A stretch of 64,000 nt of DNA from an uncultured Acidimicrobiales bacterium (GTDB taxonomy: Bacteria > Actinomycetota > Acidimicrobiia > Acidimicrobiales > SZUA-35). The translations under genes were made by a program, and so were the position numbers. The notes beneath the pieces are model-generated. The model was not told the DNA's origin. It saw only the letters and a program-made list of their open reading frames with translations, and ran no database searches. Positions 30,313 to 40,328 of this stretch are shown here, in pieces (within the stretch, counting starts at the first letter, position 1; every line of letters begins with the position of its first letter). Where the stretch lies: positions 3,227 through 67,226 of the forward strand of contig CAVZHQ010000001.1 of the NCBI GenBank assembly GCA_963775125.1, written 5' to 3'.

Positions 30313-31944
30313 GTGACCACCGCTTCTCAGCCGCCGCCCCCAGTCCTCGATGTCGACGCCGGCACGATTCCCCAGCTCATCACCTGGGCAGTCGACCATT
30401 GGGGAGACACGCTCGCGGTCATCGATCGCGACGAGCGCATCACGTTCACCGAACTCGGCGCCCGAGTCGACCAGGCCGCCCGGGCGATGGTGGCGTCGGG
30501 AATCGGTGCCGGCGACACCGTGGCGCTGTGGGCCCCCAACTGTTGGCAGTGGATCGTCGCTGCGTTGGCCACGTCCCGAGTCGGCGCCTCGCTGGTCCCG
30601 GTGAACACTCGTTTCAAGGGCAACGAGGCCGGTTATGTGTTGGCGACGGCAAAGGTCAAGCTGTTGTTCGTCGTCAACGGATTCCTCGGCACCGACTACG
30701 TGAACGCCCTGGTCGACGAGCGACCGAATCTGCCCGATCTGGCCGAGATCATCGATCTGGCCGACGCCACCGGCACCGGGTCGACCCCGTTCAGCGAGTT
30801 CGTGTCCCGAGGTTCGGGCGCGGACGCGGCTGCGCTTCAGGCCGAAGTCGAGCGCCGTTCGGCCGCGGTCGGCCTCGACGACGTCACCGCCATCATGTTC
30901 ACCTCGGGCACCACGGGTCTGCCCAAAGGGGTGCTGGTACGGGGAAGCGCCATCATCCGGGCGTTCTCGAAGTCGGCGGCCGCGCTCGGGGTGCAGCAGG
31001 GAGACCCGTTCCTTCTCGTGAACCCGTACTTCCATGCGTTCGGGTACAACTGCGGCATCGTCAAGTGCCTCATCACCGGGGCCACCAACGTCCCTGTGGC
31101 TGCCTTCGACGCCACCGAGGTGATGGAGCTGATCCAGCGCGAGCGCATCGCCGTGTTCCCCGGCCCGCCCGCCATCTTCCAGTCGTTGCTCAACCATCCC
31201 GACCTCGACTCCTACGACCTCTCGTCGTTGCGAGCGTGCATGACCGGGGCGGCAACGATTCCTGTCGAGATGGTTCAGGCCATGAAGGACCGGCTCGGAT
31301 TCACGACGGTCATCACTGCGTTCGGCATGACCGAGACCTCGGGCCTGGCCAGCTTCACCGGTCCCGATGATTCGCCGGAACTCGTGGCGACCACTTCGGG
31401 TCGAGCCATCCCTGACGTCGAACTGAAAGTCGTCGACGATGACCTGAACGAGGTGCCGCGGGGTACCGAGGGCGAGCTGTTGGTGCGCGGCTATCAGGTG
31501 ACGCCGGGCTATCTCGACAACCCCGAGGCCACGGCCGAGACCATCACTCCCGACGGTTGGCTCCGCACCGGCGACATCGCGGTCATGGACGACGCCGGGT
31601 ATATCGACATCACCGATCGTAAGAAGGACATGTTCATCATGGGTGGCTTCAACGCCTATCCCGCCGAGATCGAGCGAATGATGATCGAGCATCCCGAGAT
31701 CGGTCTCGTCGCCGTGATCGGCGTCCCCGACCAGCGCATGGGTGAGGTCGGAGCCGCATTCGTCATCCCTGCTCCCGGTGCGTCCCCCACCGCCGAGGGA
31801 ATCATCGAGTGGTGTCGGGAGAAGATGGCCAACTACAAAGTGCCCCGCTTCGTCTGGTTCGTCGATCAACTCCCCATGACCGCTTCCGGCAAAGTCCAAA
31901 AACCCGAACTCCGCGCCCTCTCCCGAACGAAATTTGCACCGTAA
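30313..31944 (+). CDS. FadD3-like acyl-CoA synthetase
   Basis: FTSGTTGLPKG, FGMTE, WLRTGD, GGFNAYPAEIE, ANYKVPR. Confidence 0.92.
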   Translation: MTTASQPPPPVLDVDAGTIPQLITWAVDHWGDTLAVIDRDERITFTELGARVDQAARAMVASGIGAGDTVALWAPNCWQWIVAALATSRVGASLVPVNTRFKGNEAGYVLATAKVKLLFVVNGFLGTDYVNALVDERPNLPDLAEIIDLADATGTGSTPFSEFVSRGSGADAAALQAEVERRSAAVGLDDVTAIMFTSGTTGLPKGVLVRGSAIIRAFSKSAAALGVQQGDPFLLVNPYFHAFGYNCGIVKCLITGATNVPVAAFDATEVMELIQRERIAVFPGPPAIFQSLLNHPDLDSYDLSSLRACMTGAATIPVEMVQAMKDRLGFTTVITAFGMTETSGLASFTGPDDSPELVATTSGRAIPDVELKVVDDDLNEVPRGTEGELLVRGYQVTPGYLDNPEATAETITPDGWLRTGDIAVMDDAGYIDITDRKKDMFIMGGFNAYPAEIERMMIEHPEIGLVAVIGVPDQRMGEVGAAFVIPAPGASPTAEGIIEWCREKMANYKVPRFVWFVDQLPMTASGKVQKPELRALSRTKFAP

Positions 31945-31979
31945 GCCACGTGTGACGTGGAGAACGCTGCACAGAACGG

Positions 31980-33119
31980 TCAGCGAGGGGTCAGGCGGGT
32001 GCGCTGGAGTTTGCCGAGCGCGGTGCGGGGGAGTGACTCGACCAGCTCGATGCGGCGGGGGGCATACCAGACCGGGAGCTCAGCCCGGACGGCGTCCCGG
32101 AGCTGCTCGAGCTGGGGACCGGAGCCCGAGGGGACGATGACGGCAACGACCTCGTGGCCCCATTCGGGGTGGGGGCGCCCGACGACGGCGACATCGGCCA
32201 CGCCGGGTTGCGCCGCGATCACTCGCTCGGCTCGTTCGGGCCACACCTTCTCACCGCCGGTGGCGATGACGTCGCCCTTGCGTCCGTCGACGGTGAGGCT
32301 GCCGTCGTCGGCCCATCGGCCGAGGTCACCGGTGGGGAACCAGCCGGCGGCGTCCTTCGGATCGAATTCGGTCGGACCCGATTCCGCAGCCGCATTGCGG
32401 TAGCAGCGAAGGAGCATGGGGCCTCGGAGCCAAACCTCCTGGTCGTCGTCGATGCGGACCTCGAGCCCGTCGAGCCACTGCTTCTCGTAGATGACCCCCG
32501 AACCGGTCTCGGTCAGCCCGTAGGTGGCCCATACGTTGGCCGGCCGATCAAGAGGTGGCGCGGCACCCCCGACGAGGATCATCCGGAACCGTTCGGCTGG
32601 GACCTGTTGCAGCGCCTTGGTGACGAGCGAGACCAGCGTTGCGCCGCGGTCGAGCGCGCCGATCACCGCTGTGGCCGAGAAGCCATCGTGCACTTCGACG
32701 GGGGTACCGGTGACCAACGAGCGCATCACGACGGCGAGGCCGCCGATGTGAGCGAGCGGGAGGCACGCGAGCCAGCGGTCGCTGGAAGCGTCGACGGACA
32801 GAGCCTTGCTGGTCGCCCAGGCCGAGGCGGCAACGGAGGCGTGAGTGTGGACGACGCCCTTGGGGTGCCCGGTGGTGCCGGAGGTGGCAACGACCGCGGC
32901 GTCGCCCGGCTGGGTCGGCCGACCGCCGGCCAACGACCGCCGCTCGCCGTCGTGTTCGATGACGGCCGTTGGCGCAACGACCTCCATGACCCGAACGAGT
33001 TCGGGCTTCGGCAGACGTCGGTCGACGGGGAAGATGGCGTCGCCTCGCGCCCAGGTCTGCTCGATGGCCCGAACGTACGCCGGGCCGCCAGGGAGGTCGA
33101 GGGCGACGAGATCGGGCAC
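31980..33119 (-). CDS. menE: o-succinylbenzoate-CoA ligase (MenE-like)
   Basis: TSGTTGHPKG, CLPLAHIGGL, TYGLTET, TGGEKVWP; short AMP ligase near men genes. Confidence 0.75.
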   Translation of the reverse strand: MPDLVALDLPGGPAYVRAIEQTWARGDAIFPVDRRLPKPELVRVMEVVAPTAVIEHDGERRSLAGGRPTQPGDAAVVATSGTTGHPKGVVHTHASVAASAWATSKALSVDASSDRWLACLPLAHIGGLAVVMRSLVTGTPVEVHDGFSATAVIGALDRGATLVSLVTKALQQVPAERFRMILVGGAAPPLDRPANVWATYGLTETGSGVIYEKQWLDGLEVRIDDDQEVWLRGPMLLRCYRNAAAESGPTEFDPKDAAGWFPTGDLGRWADDGSLTVDGRKGDVIATGGEKVWPERAERVIAAQPGVADVAVVGRPHPEWGHEVVAVIVPSGSGPQLEQLRDAVRAELPVWYAPRRIELVESLPRTALGKLQRTRLTPR

Positions 33120-33146
33120 GAACCGAGGGTACCAACAGGCCCGCCG

Positions 33147-33264
33147 AGCCTGATTCTGCAAGCTGGAGCCACCTCAGCCCCATTCTGCAAGCGTCACGAG
33201 CCCCACGGGGGGCGTGGGTCTTGCAGATCGGGGGTGCGTGGGGTGGGGCTTGCAGAATCAGGCT
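33147..33264. repeat. Nested double palindrome, TTCTGCAAG family
   Basis: Arms at 33153, 33182 and reverse complements at 33220 (one mismatch), 33249; outer AGCCTG/CAGGCT pairing. Confidence 0.88.
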
Positions 33265-33302
33265 GAGGGAGGGGCGGGGGGATCGGGGGTACAGTCCGGG
33301 CG

Positions 33303-34217
33303 GTGAGTGACGAGACCGATTCCTTGATCTGGATCGACGGGGTGCTCCGACCGGCGGCGGACGCGACGGTTCCCCTCCTTTCGCATGCGGTGCAACGCGG
33401 GTCGACGGTCTTCGATGTGCTGCGGGTGTGCGAAACACCGGATGGACCGGCGGCGTTCGGGCTGCGCCCGCACATTGCCCGATTCGACCGATCGATGAGC
33501 CTGATGGGCATGACCTCGACCTGGTCCCTCGACCAGCTCGAGCGGGCGGTGGCCGAGACGACGCTGGCCAATCCGGGCGCCAATCTCGTGAAGGTCACGG
33601 CGGCCTGGGTGTCGACGCCGGTGTCGACCATTCCCGACACCACCGTTCCGCTCGTCGCGGTAGCGGCAATCCAGACGCCGCTCGCTGATCCGGTTGGCAC
33701 ACCCGGGATCCGGGTCAAGACGGCCACTGGCAGCAAGATGCCAGCCGATGTCCTGCCGCCAGGTCTGAAGGTCGCGGCAGCGTACACGTCGGGCATTCGT
33801 CAGAAGATGCTGGCCAGGAGCGAGGGCTATGACGACATCGTGCTGCGGACGGCCAAGGGCGATCTGGCCGAGAGCGTGTCGCAGAGCCTCTTCGTGGTGC
33901 GCGGCGACCTCGTACTCCTTCCACCGTTGGACGTCGTGCTCGACGGAATCACCCGGCGCATGGTCCTCGACATGGCCCACCACCTCGGGTTCCATTCCCA
34001 GATTCGGGGCATCACCTGGGACGAGGTCGAGGCGGCCGATGAGCTGTTCCTCTGTTCGACCACGAATCCGGTGCAACCGATCAGGGAGTTGGACGGCCGA
34101 GCCCTGCCCGACCCCGGCGATCACACCGCACGGCTGGCCGCCGAGTCGTCGGCGCTACTGTTGGGGAAGCATGTGCTGTCGGCGAAGTGGCTGACGCGCT
34201 TGGGTCCCCTGGCCTGA
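33303..34217 (+). CDS. Class IV (branched-chain-like) aminotransferase
   Basis: IWIDG, LKVAAAY, LDGITRR, ADELFLCST. Confidence 0.88.
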   Translation: MSDETDSLIWIDGVLRPAADATVPLLSHAVQRGSTVFDVLRVCETPDGPAAFGLRPHIARFDRSMSLMGMTSTWSLDQLERAVAETTLANPGANLVKVTAAWVSTPVSTIPDTTVPLVAVAAIQTPLADPVGTPGIRVKTATGSKMPADVLPPGLKVAAAYTSGIRQKMLARSEGYDDIVLRTAKGDLAESVSQSLFVVRGDLVLLPPLDVVLDGITRRMVLDMAHHLGFHSQIRGITWDEVEAADELFLCSTTNPVQPIRELDGRALPDPGDHTARLAAESSALLLGKHVLSAKWLTRLGPLA

Positions 34218-34236
34218 GATCCCCTGGCCTGAGATC
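34206..34236. repeat. 15-bp tandem duplication across stop codon
   Basis: CCCCTGGCCTGAGAT x2. Confidence 0.9.
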
Positions 34237-34265
34237 TCCGTCCGGCGGTATGCCAGACTGCGGGC

Positions 34266-34763
34266 ATGACGGACCAGCCAGCACCCCTCTACACCTACGA
34301 AGCCTCGGTCGACATCGCCGCGCCACCTGACCTGGTGTGGAACCTGGTGACGGCGATGGAGCGCTACGGCGAGTGGAGCACGGAAAATCAGGGTGGCTAC
34401 TGGCGCAAGAACGCCGACGGCGTGCCCTACACCGGCCTGGTCGGTGAGGAGTTCGTCGGGATCAATCGACGCGGCGACCAGGAATGGAAGGCCCTCGTCG
34501 AGATCATCGAGCGTGAAGAGGGCCACGCTTTTGCTTTCATCACTGGGGGCAGCGCCCTCAACTTCGTGCGGTGGCGCTACGTGATCGAACCTTCCGACAC
34601 CGGCACCTCCCTCACCGAACAGTGGGAACTGCGCAATCTCTCGCCGATCATGGTCGAAGGTGGCCAGGCTGAGGTCGACCGTCGGGTGGCCAACGCCAAG
34701 GAGAGTCTCGAGGCGACCCTGGCGGGGATGAAGGCCGAGGCCGAACGCCAGGCTCAGGCCTAG
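34266..34763 (+). CDS. SRPBCC/START-family protein
   Basis: SVDIAAPPDLVWNLVT...YGEWSTEN. Confidence 0.88.
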   Translation: MTDQPAPLYTYEASVDIAAPPDLVWNLVTAMERYGEWSTENQGGYWRKNADGVPYTGLVGEEFVGINRRGDQEWKALVEIIEREEGHAFAFITGGSALNFVRWRYVIEPSDTGTSLTEQWELRNLSPIMVEGGQAEVDRRVANAKESLEATLAGMKAEAERQAQA

Positions 34764-34772
34764 GAACCGGTT

Positions 34773-35831
34773 GTGGAGTTCGGGGTCACCGCCGGTCAGA
34801 TCGACGAGATCGGTTTCGTCGCCCACGCCGAGAACCTCGGCTACAGCTTTTGTTGGGTGTGGGACAGCCAGTTCCTCGCCTCGAATCCTTGGGCGGTTCT
34901 GGCCCTGCTCGCCCAGCAGACCCGAAGAATGGCGATCGGGACCGGCGTCGCTGTCCCCGGTCTGCGCCTGGCTCCGGTCACCGCCAACGGCATCGCCACC
35001 ATCAATCGGCTGGCGCCCGGTCGCACCTTTCTGGGGTTGGGCACGGGCAACACGGCCATGCGGACGCTGGGTCAGCGGCCGATGCCTGTCGCCGAGTTCG
35101 CCGAATACCTCCGAGTGGTGCGGGGACTGCTCAACGGCGACGAAGTGCAGTACACGTTGCGAGGCACCACGCACACGGTGCAGTTCCAGAACGTGGACCG
35201 CGGCTACCTCGACCTTGCCCCACGTATCCCGATCCACGTGGGCGGGTTCGGACCCAAGGCCCAGGCGTTGGCCGGCGAGTGGGGTGATGGGCTCATCACC
35301 GGCATCCCTCGCGGAGGCTCGATCACCTCGGCCCGGGCGAACGCCCGCTCCGGGGCCGACCGGGTGGGACGCGGCTTCGGCAGCTTCCGAACCTTTGCCT
35401 TGATGAACCTGCTGATGCTCGAAGCCGGCGAGTCATTGACCTCGGCCCGAGTGATCGAGGAATGCGGCTCGTCGATCATGGCCAACGTGCACTACCTGGT
35501 CGATCTGCATCGAGAAACCGGAGCGCCGCCGCCCGACTACGTCTTGCCGATCTGGGACGACTACCTCGCCTTCCACCGGACCCGGGACCACGCCCGGAGC
35601 CACCTCGAGATGCATCGCAGCCACTATGCGTTCCTCGATCCCGACGAGGCTCGGTTCGTGACACCCGAAATGATCCGCAACTTCACCTTGTGCGGCCAAC
35701 CCGACGAGATCGCCGACCGCATCCGCGGCCTCGAGGCCGAGGGGCTGAACGGAATGGTCTTCGCCCTGGCGCCCGATCAGCAGTACCGAGTGATCGAGGA
35801 CTTCGCCCGGCGGGTCATGCCGTTGCTCTGA
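34773..35831 (+). CDS. LLM-class (probably F420-dependent) oxidoreductase
   Basis: WVWDSQ, IGTGVAVP, LAPGRTFLGLGTG, GFGPKAQALAG. Confidence 0.9.
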   Translation: MEFGVTAGQIDEIGFVAHAENLGYSFCWVWDSQFLASNPWAVLALLAQQTRRMAIGTGVAVPGLRLAPVTANGIATINRLAPGRTFLGLGTGNTAMRTLGQRPMPVAEFAEYLRVVRGLLNGDEVQYTLRGTTHTVQFQNVDRGYLDLAPRIPIHVGGFGPKAQALAGEWGDGLITGIPRGGSITSARANARSGADRVGRGFGSFRTFALMNLLMLEAGESLTSARVIEECGSSIMANVHYLVDLHRETGAPPPDYVLPIWDDYLAFHRTRDHARSHLEMHRSHYAFLDPDEARFVTPEMIRNFTLCGQPDEIADRIRGLEAEGLNGMVFALAPDQQYRVIEDFARRVMPLL

Positions 35832-35860
35832 GCGGGCAGGTGGAGTCGAGCGGAACGACG

Positions 35861-36313
35861 TCAGCGGCCGGCACGAAGCGCCAGCTTGCTCGTCGCCCGC
35901 CCCACGGCGTGCTCGAGGGCACCGTCGAGCAGGTTGGACCACATCTGCCCGCTGTACTCGAGATGCATCGAGACGACAGATGTGCTGTCGCTGTCGGTCC
36001 CGGCGGTGACGTCGGCCGTCATGCGCCAATCGGCGTGTTGACGGCCGTCCGTCTCGTGGCGAACGAACTCCACGTGACCGGCGGAGGTGTCGATACCGGC
36101 GCGGCACATGCGCAGTCGTTTGCTCCTCGAGAACGGTCCGATGTTCGCTCGCAACGTGACGGCATAGGCCGGACCAGGATCGCCGTCGGCGGGTGAGGTC
36201 GGTTCGACACGGCGCACCAGATCGAGCCAGTCGGGAAACGTCGTGAGGTCGGAGACGACGCCGAAGACCAGTGCGGGGGCGATGTCGAGGTTGGTGATGA
36301 TGGTCCGATCCAC
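35861..36313 (-). CDS. SRPBCC-family protein
   Basis: PALVFGVVSDLTTFPDWL, LRANIGPFSRSKRLRM. Confidence 0.75.
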   Translation of the reverse strand: MDRTIITNLDIAPALVFGVVSDLTTFPDWLDLVRRVEPTSPADGDPGPAYAVTLRANIGPFSRSKRLRMCRAGIDTSAGHVEFVRHETDGRQHADWRMTADVTAGTDSDSTSVVSMHLEYSGQMWSNLLDGALEHAVGRATSKLALRAGR

Positions 36314-36356
36314 CGGGTCAGTGTGCCAGCTCGGGACGCCGCCGGTCGTGACGGGC

Positions 36357-36824
36357 TCAGCCGATACGTGCCTCGGCCTGTCCTGCCCAGGCGTCGATGA
36401 CACGAGTGGCATGATCGGACATCATCGGCAGGCGGCCCATCTCTTCGGAGGTGAACCAGCCGACATCGATCGTCTCGTCGCTCAGCCCGGGGGAGCCGGC
36501 GGTGACGACGGCTTCGAAACACAGAGCGACGACCTGCACCGTCTCGCCATCGCGGTAACGGGTGACGTGGTCCGGCGAGGTGTAGATGCCGGAGAGTCGG
36601 ACGATCTCCACGGTCAATCCGGTCTCCTCGAGCACCTCCCGCCGGCAGGCTTCGGCCGCGTTCTCGCCGGGCTCCATGCGTCCACCGGGAACGCACCACT
36701 GTGCATTGTCCGTCCGTTGGGTCAGCAGGACACGGGATCGGGTGCCGTCGAGGATGACCGCCGCGCACCCCACCATGAGCTTGGCGTCCCGGCCGATGCG
36801 GTCGCCGTAGAGGATTTCTGCCAT
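36357..36824 (-). CDS. NUDIX hydrolase
   Basis: PGGRMEPGENAAEACRREVLEETGL Nudix box. Confidence 0.93.
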   Translation of the reverse strand: MAEILYGDRIGRDAKLMVGCAAVILDGTRSRVLLTQRTDNAQWCVPGGRMEPGENAAEACRREVLEETGLTVEIVRLSGIYTSPDHVTRYRDGETVQVVALCFEAVVTAGSPGLSDETIDVGWFTSEEMGRLPMMSDHATRVIDAWAGQAEARIG

Positions 36825-36875
36825 ACCGATCTCGCGTACCGTAGTGGGCCAACAGGTGTGCCACCATGAGCGCTG

Positions 36876-38105
36876 ATGACGATCGAGGTCGACGCCGACC
36901 GCTGGCGCCAACTGGCCATCTTGGCCACAGCCATGGTGCTGTCGATGAGTACCTGGTTCTCGACGGCCGCGGTGCTCCCGCAGCTTCGGGTGGAGTTGGA
37001 CCTGTCCTCGGCCACGTCGAGCCTGCTCGCCATCGCCGTCCAGTTGGGATTCGTCGCTGGGGCGGTCCTGTCTGCACTGTTCAACCTGGCCGACCGCGTG
37101 CCGGCTCGCCGACTGGTTCTGTTCGGATCGATCGGTGCCACGCTGGCCAACGCACTGTTGTTGGTCGCGGACGGTCTGCCCTTCGCCGTTCAGTCCCGGT
37201 TCCTGGTAGGCGTAGCGCTCGCCGGGGTCTATCCGCCGGCGCTGAAGGCGATGTCGGCGTGGTTCGTTCGGGGGCGTGGCCTCGCGCTGGGCGTGATGGT
37301 CGGTGCGCTGACCATGGGCTCGGCCCTTCCGCATCTGCTCCGGAGCTTCGGTAGCCCCCGTTGGCAGATCGTCATCGGTCTGACGTCGGGCCTGACCCTC
37401 TTGGGTGGCGTCATTGCCGGGCGGGTCGCCAGGGATGGGCCGTTCGTCTTCCCGTCGGCGAAATTCGAGCCCGGTCAGGTTCGGATGGTCCTGGTGAACC
37501 GTCGGGTCATGCTGGCCAGCCTTGGCTACTTCGGGCACATGTGGGAGCTCTACGCCATGTGGGCGTGGATCGGTGTCTTCTACGCTGACGTGCTCCCGAC
37601 CCGACCCGCTGCGGCCGCGCTGGCCACCTTCGCTGCCATCGCCGTCGGCGCGATCGGAAGCGTTGTCGGCGGTCTCATCTCCGACCGCTCGTCCCGCACC
37701 ACTGCGGCCGGGTTGGCCATGTCGCTGTCGGGCGCAATGGCCCTGGTCGTCGGATTCACCGTCGAGCGACCGGTGTTGGCCGTCACGCTCGGACTGGTGT
37801 GGGGGTTCTGGGTCGTCGCCGATTCGGCCCAGTTCTCCACCATCATCACCGAGGTCGCCGATCAGCGTTTCGTCGGCACGGCCCTGACGGTTCAGCTGGC
37901 GTTCGGGTTCGTGCTGACTGTCTTCACCATCTTTCTCGTCCCGTGGGTTCGCGACCAGAGCGACTGGGGATTCGCCTTTTTGCTGCTGGCCCCGGGGCCG
38001 TTTCTGGGTGTTGCTGCCATGGCGCGGCTCTCTCGCCAGCCGCCGAGCGACCCTGCCCAGACCTCCGGACCGCAGGACCAGGTCTTCGTCAGCCCGTTCT
38101 TCTGA
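36876..38105 (+). CDS. MFS transporter
   Basis: Many TM segments; AGVYPPALK, GYFGHMWELYAMW, ADSAQFS. Confidence 0.9.
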   Translation: MTIEVDADRWRQLAILATAMVLSMSTWFSTAAVLPQLRVELDLSSATSSLLAIAVQLGFVAGAVLSALFNLADRVPARRLVLFGSIGATLANALLLVADGLPFAVQSRFLVGVALAGVYPPALKAMSAWFVRGRGLALGVMVGALTMGSALPHLLRSFGSPRWQIVIGLTSGLTLLGGVIAGRVARDGPFVFPSAKFEPGQVRMVLVNRRVMLASLGYFGHMWELYAMWAWIGVFYADVLPTRPAAAALATFAAIAVGAIGSVVGGLISDRSSRTTAAGLAMSLSGAMALVVGFTVERPVLAVTLGLVWGFWVVADSAQFSTIITEVADQRFVGTALTVQLAFGFVLTVFTIFLVPWVRDQSDWGFAFLLLAPGPFLGVAAMARLSRQPPSDPAQTSGPQDQVFVSPFF

Positions 38106-38128
38106 CCGGCGTTCGGTAGCCTCGCCAG

Positions 38129-39374
38129 GTGAGCTCTTCGACCGTCACCGTCCGTCTCGATCGAGCCGGACGGGAACTCGACGCGGTCGTCGTCGGAGGC
38201 CGTTCAGGCCTCCTGTGGTCTCGGGGTGACTTCACACTCGCCGGGCTTGGAGTGGCCTGTCGCCTGCCGCTCGCCCGACCAGGCGGTGGGGCGGACGTGA
38301 CCGCCGCACTGGCGGCGTTGACCGGCATCGACGAGGTCTGCGTTCCCGGGACTGGTGCCGTCGCCTTCGCCTCATTCCCGTTCGACCCGTCGGTGCCCGG
38401 CGAGCTGATCGTTCCCGAGATCGTGCTCGGTCGGGGGCCGGAGGGTCGGCGCTGGCTGACCACCTTCGGTGCCATCACCACGGACGAAGCCTTGTCCCGA
38501 CTGGCGGCGCTTGGTGACGACGATCGTCCCGGCGCGATAGGTCCCGAGGCCTCCGACTACCGCCTCCGCTCGGCGTTGTTGCCCGAAATCTGGCGCGACG
38601 ATGTGGTGGCGGTTGCTCGCGACCGAATACGGTCCGGGGCCTTGCGCAAGGCGGTGTTCGCCCGGGAGCTGGTGCTCACCACGGACCATCCGATTGACCC
38701 GGCCGTTGTGCTGTCCCGGCTCCATCAGGCGTTCCGATCGTCGATCCTCTTCGCGGTCGACGGGTTCATCGGTGCGTCGCCCGAGCTGCTCGTGTCGCGC
38801 TCCGACGACGTCGTGCGGGCTCACCCTCTTGCCGGTACGGCGCCCCGGTCGTCGGATCCCGAAGCCGATCAACGCCTGGCCGTGGGGTTGTTGGCCTCCG
38901 ACAAGGATCGGGGCGAGCACCGCATCACCATCGACTGGCTGCTCGACACGCTGCTGCCGTTCTGTTCCTATGTGGATGCCGAGCCCGAGCCGACCATCGT
39001 CACCCTGGCCAACGTCCATCATCTCGGCACTCGGGTCGAGGGCCGACTGTCGAACCCCCCGGCCTCGGTGCTCGATCTGGTGGCTGCCCTGCACCCGACA
39101 CCGGCAGTGGGGGGCGACCCGCAGGACGTGCGCGTTGGCGTTGATCGCCGAACTCGAACAAGCCGACCGCGGGCGCTACGCCGGGCCGGTCGGATGGGTC
39201 GACGCAGCCGGCAACGGAGCGTTCGCGGTCGGTATTCGATCAGCCACCATCGACGGCAACACCGCCCGACTGTTCGCCGGGGTGGGTGTGGTGGCCGACA
39301 GCGATCCTGACGCAGAGCTGGCCGAGACCAGAGCGAAGTTCCAGGCCCTGCTGGGAGCCCTCATTCGACCCTGA
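38129..39374 (+). CDS. menF: Isochorismate synthase (frameshift near 39135)
   Basis: KAVFARE, GASPELLV, LAGT, KDRGEH, LHPTPAVGG, RGRYAGPVGW, ELAETRAKF. Confidence 0.9.
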
Positions 39375-39401
39375 ACCCTCCGACCCTGAACCCTCCGACC
39401 C
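39366..39401. repeat. 15-bp tandem duplication across stop codon
   Basis: CGACCCTGAACCCTC x2 plus partial copy. Confidence 0.9.
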
Positions 39402-39410
39402 GGAACGGGG

Positions 39411-40328
39411 TCAGTAGTGATAGGGGTAGTCCGACCAGTCGGGAGCACGCTTTTCCAGGAACGCGTCTCGGCCTTCCTGGGCTTCGTCGGTCATGTAGGC
39501 CAGGCGAGTGGCCTCGCCGGCGAAGACCTGCTGGCCGATGAGGCCGTCGTCGATCAGGTTCAGTGCGAACTTGGCCATGCGGTTGGCTGTGGGGCTCTTG
39601 GCGCAGATTTCCCGAGCCCACTGCAGCGCCATCTTCTCCAGCTCGGCGTGCGGGAAGACCGCGTTGACGACGCCCTGGCGTTGGGCTTCCTCAGCGGTGT
39701 AGGTGCGCCCGAGGAAGAAGATCTCCCTGGCGATCTTCTGCCCGACCTGACGAGCCAGTGCCGCGGAGCCGAACCCGCCGTCGAAGCTGGCGACGTCGGT
39801 GTCGGTCTGCTTGAAACGGGCGTGCTCGGCCGACGCGATGGTCAGGTCGCAGGTGACGTGCAGGCTGTGGCCACCGCCGGCGGCCCACCCGGGAACGACG
39901 CAGATGACGACCTTGGGCATGAAGCGGATGAGGCGCTGGACTTCGAGAATGTGCAGACGCCCGGCCCTGCCGGCCTGGATGGTGTCGGCCGTGACGTCGT
40001 CGGCGTACTTGTACCCGTCCTTGCCCCGGATGCGTTGGTCGCCGCCCGAACAGAACGCCCAGCCGCCGTCGCGTGGCGACGGGCCGTTGCCCGTCAACAA
40101 CACGCAACCGATGTCGACGGATTGCCGGGCGTGGTCCAGCGCAGCGTAGAGCTCGTCGACGGTGTGGGGGCGGAACGCGTTGCGAACCTCAGGCCGGTTG
40201 AAGGCCACCCGGACGCACGCCACCTCCTTGGCTCGGTGGTAGGTGATGTCGGTGAAGTTGCAGCCTGGGACCTCGTCCCAGTCGGCGGGGTCGAAGATCT
40301 CGGAGACCGGTGAGGCAGGCGTCGTCAT
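39411..40328 (-). CDS. menB: 1,4-dihydroxy-2-naphthoyl-CoA synthase
   Basis: NRPEVRNAFRP, FCSGGDQ, GWAAGGGHSLH, SFDGGFGS. Confidence 0.97.
   Translation of the reverse strand: MTTPASPVSEIFDPADWDEVPGCNFTDITYHRAKEVACVRVAFNRPEVRNAFRPHTVDELYAALDHARQSVDIGCVLLTGNGPSPRDGGWAFCSGGDQRIRGKDGYKYADDVTADTIQAGRAGRLHILEVQRLIRFMPKVVICVVPGWAAGGGHSLHVTCDLTIASAEHARFKQTDTDVASFDGGFGSAALARQVGQKIAREIFFLGRTYTAEEAQRQGVVNAVFPHAELEKMALQWAREICAKSPTANRMAKFALNLIDDGLIGQQVFAGEATRLAYMTDEAQEGRDAFLEKRAPDWSDYPYHY

Noticed and set aside
30298-31899. Long antisense ORFs (also 10912-12444, 47894-49552, 25942-27231)
   Set aside because: Shadow frames of well-supported genes, expected in high-GC DNA; no recognisable motifs.
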